Positions 56,819 through 64,000 of a stretch of 64,000 bases of DNA are shown piece after piece; positions within the stretch are counted from its first letter, which is position 1, and the number at the start of each line of letters is the position of its first letter. The DNA lies in the NCBI GenBank assembly GCA_040386335.1, contig JAZKFT010000063.1, positions 1,351 through 65,350 of the forward strand, given 5' to 3'. The notes beneath the pieces were generated by a model that was not told where the DNA came from, did no database searches, and saw nothing but the letters and a program-made list of their open reading frames with translations. Made by a program: the position numbers and the translations under genes. This stretch comes from Bacteroidota bacterium (lineage in GTDB: Bacteria; Bacteroidota; Bacteroidia; Chitinophagales; Chitinophagaceae).

Positions 56819-58261
56819 ATGAAAAACATATTCCTGTTGGTGCTATCCATTCTGTGTTTTACTGTTTCGGTATTCACGCAAAACATAGGTATCGGTACAG
56901 CCACACCTGCATTTAAGTTAGACGTAAAAAACGGCAGCATTAATACTGATTCTGTTTATCGGATTGGTGGTAAAAGGGTATTGTCAACAAATCTTCAAAA
57001 TACATTTGTTGGTATTGGCATAGCCAGTTTATCAACGGGAGATTATAATACGGCCGTTGGAAACGAAGCGCTTTATTCCAATACAACCGGAGAGCGGAAC
57101 ACGGCTTTGGGCTTATGGGCATTATACAGCAATACGTCAGGAGATTACAATACCGGCGTTGGAAAATCTGCACTTCATGTAAATTCATACGGTGACGGTA
57201 ATACGGCTTATGGCTATGAAGCCCTTTATACCAATAACGCTTCATTTAACACGGCAGTTGGTTATCACGCATTGCTCTTTAATAGTGGGGGCAATGAAAA
57301 TACAGCCAATGGGTACGAAGCCCTGAATCGCAACAGCACCGGTTATTTTAATACCGCGATTGGGTCACAGTCATTGCTTTTCAATACAACAGGAGCGCGA
57401 AATAGCGCTACCGGCACTAAGGCTCTTTATTCCAATTCCCTGGGTCATTACAATACTGCCAATGGCTATGGAGCACTTTATGGAAATACCCAGGGAACTT
57501 ACAATACTGCCCATGGCTACCAGGCACTTTATTCAAACGGCTTTGGTGATTACAACACGGCATGCGGCACCGAGACACTTTATTCCAACACGGCCGACAG
57601 AAATACAGCGCTGGGTTATAACACACTTTATGCGAATACGATAGGTTTTCAAAATACTGGTGTTGGTTTTTATACGCTGGTTAATAATATTTCAGGCAAT
57701 AACAATACCACTATCGGAAGTTTTAGTGATGTAAGTTCTGGTGATCTGATTAACGCTACTGCTCTTGGTTACTCTACAAAGGTTGATGCCAGCAATAAAG
57801 TGCGGATAGGTAATGCTTCTGTGACTTCCATCGGCGGCCAGGTAGGATGGACAAATTTTTCGGATGGACGCTACAAACAAAATATACGGGAAGACGTGCC
57901 AGGGATTTTATTCATCAACAAACTTCGCCCCGTAACCTACACAGTAGATAACAAAAGCCTTGATGAAAGTTATTACAAATTAAAACCCGGCATTGCTGCT
58001 TCCACGAGCAATCCATATCGCCATACTGGTTTTATTGCACAGGAAGTAGAACGCAGCGCAACAGAATTGGGCTTCATTTTCAGCGGAGTAGATAAACCCC
58101 AACAACCCAATGGACTCTACGGATTACGTTATGCAGAATTTGTAGTGCCACTGGTAAAATCAGTACAAGAGCTGTCAAAAGAAAACGAAGAATTAAAAAA
58201 TCAAAACAAGGAATTGCTTGAGCGTATTGTGGCAATAGAAAAAATCTTAAAAACTAAATAG
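56819..58261 (+). CDS. Tail-fibre-like exported protein, paralogue 3
   Basis: Same architecture. SDGRYK motif. The 5-prime part is near-identical to paralogue 4. Confidence 0.8.
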   Translation: MKNIFLLVLSILCFTVSVFTQNIGIGTATPAFKLDVKNGSINTDSVYRIGGKRVLSTNLQNTFVGIGIASLSTGDYNTAVGNEALYSNTTGERNTALGLWALYSNTSGDYNTGVGKSALHVNSYGDGNTAYGYEALYTNNASFNTAVGYHALLFNSGGNENTANGYEALNRNSTGYFNTAIGSQSLLFNTTGARNSATGTKALYSNSLGHYNTANGYGALYGNTQGTYNTAHGYQALYSNGFGDYNTACGTETLYSNTADRNTALGYNTLYANTIGFQNTGVGFYTLVNNISGNNNTTIGSFSDVSSGDLINATALGYSTKVDASNKVRIGNASVTSIGGQVGWTNFSDGRYKQNIREDVPGILFINKLRPVTYTVDNKSLDESYYKLKPGIAASTSNPYRHTGFIAQEVERSATELGFIFSGVDKPQQPNGLYGLRYAEFVVPLVKSVQELSKENEELKNQNKELLERIVAIEKILKTK

Positions 58262-58268
58262 GGCTGAT

Positions 58269-59570
58269 ATGAAAAGCATATTCCTTTTGTTGCTATCCAT
58301 TCTTTGTTTTACTGTTTCTGTATTCACGCAAAACATAGGTATCGGCATAGCCACACCTGCATTTAAGTTAGACGTAAAAAACGGCAGCATTAATACTGAT
58401 TCTGTTTATCGGATTGGTGGTAAAAGGGTATTGTCAACAAATCTTCAAAATACATTTGTTGGTATTGGCATAGCCAGTTTAGCAACGGGAGATTATAATA
58501 CGGCCGTTGGAAACGAAGCGCTTTATTCCAATACTACGGGGGAGCGGAATACTGCTTTGGGTCTATGGGCATTATACAGTAATGCAACAGGCAACTACAA
58601 CACGGGCGTTGGAAAATCTGCACTTCATTTAAATTTAGACGGTTCCGGTAATACGGCTCAGGGATACGAAGCACTTTATTATAATACCGCTTCATTTAAC
58701 ACGGCGGTGGGTTATCATGCATTGCTACAAAACACCAGCGGCCCCTTAAATACAGCGAATGGCTATGCGGCTTTAGCTCGCAATACTACCGGGAGCAGTA
58801 ACACAGCTCAGGGCACACAGGCATTATTTTATAATACATCTGGTTCTTATAATACCGCTATGGGCTACCAGGCTCTTTATTCAAACTCGTATGGCCGGTA
58901 CAATACTGCCCAGGGGTATAGAGCCCTTTATGGAAATTTGACAGGTTTTGATAATACAGCCATTGGGGTAGAAGCACTTTATTCAAACACTTCCGGTGAG
59001 CACAACACTGCCATAGGGCACCATAGTGATGTTACCTCTGGCAGTTTTCTCAACGCTACTGTTATCGGATATGCTGCCGAGGTTGATGCCAGCAATAAAG
59101 TGCGGATCGGCAATACGGTGGTTACTTCTATTGGGGGCCAGGTAGGATGGACAAATTTTTCGGATAGCCGCTACAAACTAAATATACGGGAAGACGTGCC
59201 AGGCCTTTCGTTTGTTACCGCGCTTCGTCCTGTAACCTACACAGTAGATACAAAAAGCCTTGATGAGAACTATTACAAATTAAAACCCGGAATTGCTGCT
59301 TCTACTAACACTTCTTACCGGCATACAGGTTTTATTGCCCAGGAAGTAGAACGTAGCGCAGCAGCATTGAACTACAGCTTTAGCGGGGTAGATAAGCCGC
59401 AACAACCCGATGGACTCTATGGATTGCGTTATGCAGAATTTGTAGTGCCATTAGTAAAAGCTGTGCAGGAACAACAGCAGCAAGTCAACCATCTGCAGGT
59501 AGAAATTGAGTTGCTGAAAGAACAAAACAAATTACTCATCCAACAACTTAATAAAAAGAACAGGGAATGA
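58269..59570 (+). CDS. Tail-fibre-like exported protein, paralogue 4
   Basis: Same architecture. SDSRYK motif. The C-terminal coiled coil is diverged. The stop overlaps the next start (ATGA). Confidence 0.8.
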   Translation: MKSIFLLLLSILCFTVSVFTQNIGIGIATPAFKLDVKNGSINTDSVYRIGGKRVLSTNLQNTFVGIGIASLATGDYNTAVGNEALYSNTTGERNTALGLWALYSNATGNYNTGVGKSALHLNLDGSGNTAQGYEALYYNTASFNTAVGYHALLQNTSGPLNTANGYAALARNTTGSSNTAQGTQALFYNTSGSYNTAMGYQALYSNSYGRYNTAQGYRALYGNLTGFDNTAIGVEALYSNTSGEHNTAIGHHSDVTSGSFLNATVIGYAAEVDASNKVRIGNTVVTSIGGQVGWTNFSDSRYKLNIREDVPGLSFVTALRPVTYTVDTKSLDENYYKLKPGIAASTNTSYRHTGFIAQEVERSAAALNYSFSGVDKPQQPDGLYGLRYAEFVVPLVKAVQEQQQQVNHLQVEIELLKEQNKLLIQQLNKKNRE

Positions 59571-61024
59571 AAAAGATCACAACACTCGGTTGTAGCCTAT
59601 TTGTATTCACGCATGTTTTATACGCGCAAAATGTAGGCATCGGCACAACCAGTCCGAATGAAAAACTTCATGTGGCCGGAAATTTAAAAGCCGATACCAT
59701 AAAACCTGCTGCCATAAAACTGCCACTTAACGCAGGCGACGGTAAAATATTAACCAGCGATGCGGCGGGTAATGCTAGTTGGAAACTTAATAGTGCAGCG
59801 GCAGCAGGTAATGTTGGTTATGGTGTTTGGGGCGACTGTGCTACTAATGGCAATATCAGTGATTATCAACCAGTGGCCGATGCTAATGGTGAGTTTCCCG
59901 ATAAATTTGGGAACAGCGTCGCCATTGCCGGCGGCTATGCTATTATTGGAACTCCCGGAGATGCTGTAGGAGCAAATACGGGTCAGGGTTCTGTCAGCAT
60001 ATATCAAAACGATGGAAGCGGCTGGATATTGATGCAGAAACTTACAGATGCAACCGGTGCAGCTGATGATAATTTTGGTATTAGCGTAAACATTTCCGGC
60101 AATTATGTGATAGTGGGAGCGCCTAATGATGACATAGGTCCAAATGTTAACCAGGGCTCAGCCAGTATTTATAAATATGTTGGGGCTAGTTGGGTGCTGA
60201 TGCAGAAAATCACGGATGCCGGGGGTGCCGCCAACGATAACTTCGGAATAAGTGTAGCCATTTCGGGTAACTATGCTTTAGCAGGATCCCGTAATGATGA
60301 TATGGGTGCAAACAGCAATCAGGGCTCGGCCAGTTTTTATCAATACGATGGCGCAAATTGGATATTGACACAGAAATCAGCGGAGCCTGGTGGTGCGGCA
60401 AATGATAATTACGGTAATAGTGTTTCTATGTCGGGCGGCTTTGCCGTAATAGGTGTGCCCGGTGATGGTGTAACAGTGTCAGGCATTAATCATGGTTCAG
60501 CTATTATCTATCAATACAATGGTACTACCGGCTGGAACCTTACGCAGAAGCTAACAACTAACACAGGCGCAAACAGCGAATTTTTTGGTACAAGTGTATC
60601 TATATCCGGGAACTATTTTATTGGAGGAGCCCTTCGCGCTGATGTTGGTGCAAATACCGACCAGGGCTCGTGCTGTATTTTTCAGTTTAATGGCAGTAAT
60701 TGGATGCTAATGCAGAAAATATATGATCACTATGGCGAAGCAAGTGATGCATTTGGATCTGCTGTCTCAATTTCCGGAGATTATGCTATTGTTGGAACTC
60801 CTTTTACCTATGTTACTAATAAGATCAATCATGGCTCTGCAACTATTTATCAGCGCATAGGAATGGGCTGGCAAAAGCTGCAATTCATTATTGATCCCGG
60901 TGGTCTTGAGCATAATTTTACCGGTAACGCTGTTGCTGTTGACGGAATCACAAAACAGTTTATTATTGGTGCTTATGGCTATATGAATGTTATCGGCAAA
61001 GTGCTTTTTGGGAAAGTAAATTAA
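59567..61024 (+). CDS. Exported seven-blade FG-GAP-like propeller protein with fibre-type N-terminal module
   Basis: Leader ...VLYAQ, then NVGIGTTSPNEKLHVAGN. Seven repeats of FG.SV.ISG.Y..VGAP.DD.G.N.GQGSA.IY...G..W...QK. Confidence 0.75.
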   Translation: MKKITTLGCSLFVFTHVLYAQNVGIGTTSPNEKLHVAGNLKADTIKPAAIKLPLNAGDGKILTSDAAGNASWKLNSAAAAGNVGYGVWGDCATNGNISDYQPVADANGEFPDKFGNSVAIAGGYAIIGTPGDAVGANTGQGSVSIYQNDGSGWILMQKLTDATGAADDNFGISVNISGNYVIVGAPNDDIGPNVNQGSASIYKYVGASWVLMQKITDAGGAANDNFGISVAISGNYALAGSRNDDMGANSNQGSASFYQYDGANWILTQKSAEPGGAANDNYGNSVSMSGGFAVIGVPGDGVTVSGINHGSAIIYQYNGTTGWNLTQKLTTNTGANSEFFGTSVSISGNYFIGGALRADVGANTDQGSCCIFQFNGSNWMLMQKIYDHYGEASDAFGSAVSISGDYAIVGTPFTYVTNKINHGSATIYQRIGMGWQKLQFIIDPGGLEHNFTGNAVAVDGITKQFIIGAYGYMNVIGKVLFGKVN

Positions 61025-61440
61025 TTGTGATGGTACATTACTCCTGACTCGTATTTCTGCATCCTTGAGAAAGCATAACCATTGCAACGCTGCTTTTGAA
61101 TACTGCTATCAGTTGAAGGAGCTTATACACGGATGCTCTATGCCGCTACCACCAAAATTCAAATGTTCTGAAGACTATCTAACCAAGCTACTATTCCATA
61201 GGGTGAGCCAGGAACATCGGTTGCCGAACTTGATTAAAGATGATGATTTTTATTTGAAACGCAAAGCGTATTAATGAACGGTCTGGCCATGACTAAAGAA
61301 GAGTAGAGGTACCATCCCGTTTTTTAAAAACGCCGAATTTTTTTGGGGAAAGTTATTGATGTTAAAGGAAAAATAGATAAGTATAACAAAAATAAGAATT
61401 TTCATTTTTGAACTTGGTAGTCAAATAGTTTGAATAGGTT

Positions 61441-61580
61441 GCAGCTAGCGTTTCGGGTATTGTCGAAGGCAGGCTAAACTAAGCACTACCGTTAGGCTAA
61501 TGTATAAAAGTTCAATAGAAGCACAAAAGCTGAAGTTTGCACTTCAGCCCTGCTTTTGCCAATCCCTTGTTAGCGGGTGC
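61441..61580. repeat. Intergenic repeat family, copy D (diverged)
   Basis: It shares GTTCAATAGAA..AC....GCTGAAG and the terminal TTTTGCCAATCCCTTGTTAGCGGGTGC block with copies B and C. It ends 16 nt before the stop at 61597. Confidence 0.5.
61521..61548 (-). terminator. Rho-independent terminator of the 61597-62631 gene, embedded in repeat copy D
   Basis: Stem GCTGAAGT (61529-61536) / ACTTCAGC (61541-61548) with a 4-nt loop. On the minus strand it is followed by TTTTGTGC. Confidence 0.6.
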
Positions 61581-61596
61581 CCTTTTTCTCTTTCTA

Positions 61597-62631
61597 TTAT
61601 TTCAAATTCATTCTAAAAAAAGTTTCCAATTTGTCAAACGGAATAATATCCACTTTGTCATACAAATCCGTGTGAACGGCATTTGGAACGATGACTAATT
61701 CTTTCGGTTCTTTGGCGTTTTGAAATGCGGTTTCACTGAAATATCTTGAGTGTGCTTTTTCTCCAGCAATTATTAAAATTGGTCGTGACGAAATTTCTTT
61801 GATGTAAGTTAAGATAGGCATATTCATAAACGATAAAGGCATGGTAGCTGTCCATGAATTTCCCGAATTTACCGAACGTTCATGAAATCCCCTTTTAGTT
61901 CGGTAATAATCGTAATATTCTTTTAAAAATTGTGGTTCATCTCCTTTCAACGCTTTATTGCCTTCTGGTCCATAAGCAAATGTTCCATTTTCTGCATCTT
62001 TCCAACGTTGTTGTCCTAATTGTTCCAACATTTTTGTGCGTTGTTCTAAAGTTACTACATCGTTATAGCCTTTCGACATCACTCTGGTCATATCATACAT
62101 TGTTGAGGTAGCAACAGCTTTCATTCGTTTGTCAATAGCCGTAGCGTTTAAAGCAAAACCACCATAACCACAAATACCGATAATGCCTATTTTATTTCGG
62201 TCTATATTTTTCTGTAGTCCAAGAAAATCTACTGCTGCACTAAAATCTTCTGTGTTTATTTCAGGTGATGCAAGGTTACGAGGTTCGCCACCGCTTTCTC
62301 CTGTATAAGATGGGTCGAAAGCAATAACGGCAAAACCTCGTTCCGCCATTTGATTGGCATACAGTCCTGATGATTGTTCTTTTACTGCTCCAAAAGGTCC
62401 GCTTATTGCTAATGCCGCTAAAGTATCTTTTCCAATATTTTTTGGCAGGTATAAATCTCCTGATAACGTAATTCCATATCTGTTTTTGAAAGATACTTTT
62501 TGGCGTGATACTTTATCACTTAATTGAAAGGTATAATGCTCTGTTGCTTCCATTTTTTTAGATTTACTCTTTTGTGCAAATGCTTGTCCTGTTATCAGAA
62601 ACACTATTGCGATAGCTAATGCTTTTTTCAT
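61597..62631 (-). CDS. Exported alpha/beta hydrolase with G-x-C-x-G nucleophile elbow (dienelactone-hydrolase-like)
   Basis: Signal peptide ending AFAQ. GIIGICGYGG sits where GxSxG is expected. C-terminal His (NAVHTDLYD). Confidence 0.7.
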   Translation of the reverse strand: MKKALAIAIVFLITGQAFAQKSKSKKMEATEHYTFQLSDKVSRQKVSFKNRYGITLSGDLYLPKNIGKDTLAALAISGPFGAVKEQSSGLYANQMAERGFAVIAFDPSYTGESGGEPRNLASPEINTEDFSAAVDFLGLQKNIDRNKIGIIGICGYGGFALNATAIDKRMKAVATSTMYDMTRVMSKGYNDVVTLEQRTKMLEQLGQQRWKDAENGTFAYGPEGNKALKGDEPQFLKEYYDYYRTKRGFHERSVNSGNSWTATMPLSFMNMPILTYIKEISSRPILIIAGEKAHSRYFSETAFQNAKEPKELVIVPNAVHTDLYDKVDIIPFDKLETFFRMNLK

Positions 62632-62642
62632 TTTATTATAAA

Positions 62643-63143
62643 TTATTTTTCGTGAATTAAATACTGTTCATCTGTTACGGCTTCCTTCCATTCCACAATT
62701 CCTTTTTCAGTATTCGGTATGATATAGAGTTGCTGTAAGCCTACATCTGGGCTTGCTCCATGCCAATGTCTTACATTGGGCGGACATTTTACTACGCTAC
62801 CTTTTTTAATGATTTCAATTGGTTTTCCTTCAATTTGATGATAGCCTACTCCGTCAGTAATAATCAGTATTTGACCAGCAGGATGGCTGTGCCAATTGCT
62901 TCTTGCACCAGGTTCAAAATAAACGTTGCCAACTAATGTATTGTAAATGCTATCTGATTCAACCAATCCTGTAGGATAAGCATTGCCAGTGAAAAAATCC
63001 TTTGAGCCTGATTCGCCTTTTGGGAAAATGGCTTCCAATTCTGTTTCTGCATTTTTCATTGTTTCTTTACTTTGATTGTTGCTACAAGAAATGGCTACAA
63101 ACCCAATGATGAGCGCAGATGCTATTTTTAAATTACTTTTCAT
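62643..63143 (-). CDS. Cupin-domain lipoprotein
   Basis: ATG at 63143 (MKSNLKIASALIIGFVAISC). Cupin motifs FEPGARSNWHSHPAGQILIITDG and VKCPPNVRHWHGA. Confidence 0.75.
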   Translation of the reverse strand: MKSNLKIASALIIGFVAISCSNNQSKETMKNAETELEAIFPKGESGSKDFFTGNAYPTGLVESDSIYNTLVGNVYFEPGARSNWHSHPAGQILIITDGVGYHQIEGKPIEIIKKGSVVKCPPNVRHWHGASPDVGLQQLYIIPNTEKGIVEWKEAVTDEQYLIHEK

Positions 63144-63156
63144 TGTGATTTTATTT

Positions 63157-63621
63157 TTATTGTTTTTCAAATTTCACCCTTACACTTCCTGCACCTAATG
63201 CAACAACAAGCCCCGAAGTATTATCAATGCGAACAAGCCTGGTATAACTGTAGGAAGTATTGAAGCCTTCGTAAAAAAGCACCAGGCAATTATTTCCGTA
63301 AAGCATTAAATCGCCAACTTGTATATTACCACCTCTTGAAGCATTAGTTGGTAAAGTGGTAGAGAAATAATAAAATTTTTCGTTGCCATTAAGCTCACTC
63401 ATATTAATCGTAAGTGGTAACATTGCCTTAAAAGCCGTTGCCGTAGCATTGTTGTTTAACGTAGCTATAAAAACTGTAGAACCAATTGTTATTTTCATTT
63501 TTGCTGTATCTGTGTCGGAATTGTTGTTAGAATTATTTGTTTGCCCAATTTCATTATTCTTACTACAGGCAAACAATTGGATGCAGATTAGACTTACTAA
63601 AATTGTGGATATGATTTTCAT
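63157..63621 (-). CDS. Cyclophilin-like-fold lipoprotein (non-PPIase cyclophilin-like family)
   Basis: Lipobox LFAC. ITIGSTVFIATLNNNATATAFKAMLPLTINMSELNGNEK...GDLMLYGNNCLVLFY pattern. Confidence 0.6.
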   Translation of the reverse strand: MKIISTILVSLICIQLFACSKNNEIGQTNNSNNNSDTDTAKMKITIGSTVFIATLNNNATATAFKAMLPLTINMSELNGNEKFYYFSTTLPTNASRGGNIQVGDLMLYGNNCLVLFYEGFNTSYSYTRLVRIDNTSGLVVALGAGSVRVKFEKQ

Positions 63622-63637
63622 TTTGATCAGTTATAAG

Positions 63638-64000
63638 CTAAATATTTTTTATAAATTTTGCAGGCACACCGCCAACAATAGAATTGTCGGGAACATCTTT
63701 AGAAACTACTGCACCAGCAGCTACAATTGAATTTTCGCCAATAGTTACTCCACCAAGTATGGTAGCGTTTGCTCCAATCCAGGCATTTTTTTTAATTCGA
63801 ATGGGTTTGGGAATTAAAGAATGTCTGTCTTCTAAAGAGGTTGGATGGCCTTCGGTTACTAAACTAACTTTCGGGCCAATCAACACATTGTCTTCAATAG
63901 TAATGCCACCTAAATCCAAAAACACACAATCAAAATTGATGAATACATTTTTACCGATTTTGGTATGCTTACCATAATTGATGTGCAAAGGAGTAAATAC
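63638..64000 (-). CDS. Maltose/galactoside-type sugar O-acetyltransferase (left-handed beta-helix), 5-prime partial at the window end
   Basis: Hexapeptide repeats [50 protein letters not shown]. The frame stays open to nt 64000. Confidence 0.85.
   Translation of the reverse strand, partial: VFTPLHINYGKHTKIGKNVFINFDCVFLDLGGITIEDNVLIGPKVSLVTEGHPTSLEDRHSLIPKPIRIKKNAWIGANATILGGVTIGENSIVAAGAVVSKDVPDNSIVGGVPAKFIKNI

Noticed and set aside
54442-57644. Alternative-frame ORFs inside the fibre genes (54442..55041, 55754..56068, 57360..57644 and minus-strand ones)
   Set aside because: The repetitive, stop-poor Asn/Thr/Gly codon repeats keep other frames open. The annotated frame is the one with the signal peptide and the conserved S74 domain.
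54084-59570. Programmed variation of the fibre array (diversity-generating retroelement, invertible promoter or shufflon)
   Set aside because: No reverse transcriptase, template repeat, site-specific recombinase or inverted repeats flanking a promoter were seen. The identical tracts are better explained by duplication or gene conversion.
54084-61024. Prophage or tailocin remnant, suggested by the tail-fibre-like genes with a phage S74 chaperone domain
   Set aside because: The 64 kb contains no capsid, portal, terminase, tube, sheath, baseplate, tape-measure, holin/lysin, integrase or att-like repeat. All fibre-like proteins carry Sec signal peptides, which virion fibres do not need. I therefore treat them as cellular genes of phage-like ancestry.

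Overview
This 64-kb chromosomal segment looks like Bacteroidota, probably a Chitinophagaceae- or Sphingobacteriia-type soil organism. The taxonomic clues are a T9SS C-terminal sorting domain, a hybrid two-component system with AraC output, Y_Y_Y/propeller sensor kinases, and signal peptides followed by Gln (the Bacteroidetes Q-rule). I found no rRNA, tRNA, CRISPR array, transposase, integrase or phage structural module. From 0 to 38 kb the content is an ordinary mix. It holds exported hydrolases (PQQ sugar dehydrogenase, M28 and S9 peptidases, amidase, pectate lyase, PhoD), small detox-type genes (VOC, GNAT, DHFR-like, ABC-F) and sensors. It also holds one 1528-aa surface protein built from three IPT + 7xFG-GAP modules. 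The stretches 38.4-43.3 kb and 47.2-48.05 kb are AT-richer and decayed. They carry orphan genes, at least five gene remnants or pseudogenes, and a family of intergenic repeats that sit directly after stop codons. The most unusual content is 48.06-61.02 kb. Here six exported proteins share one short N-terminal module but carry different bodies. The bodies are a Gly-rich domain, four tandem fibre-like paralogues ending in a phage-type S74 intramolecular-chaperone domain, and a 7-blade FG-GAP propeller. An HExxH-tectonin lectin-like protein and a TPR histidine kinase/LuxR regulator pair are embedded in the same block, and no phage genes are present. I read this as a candidate phage-independent surface-fibre display locus of unknown function. 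All calls come from reading translated ORFs and the DNA by eye; no database search was run.
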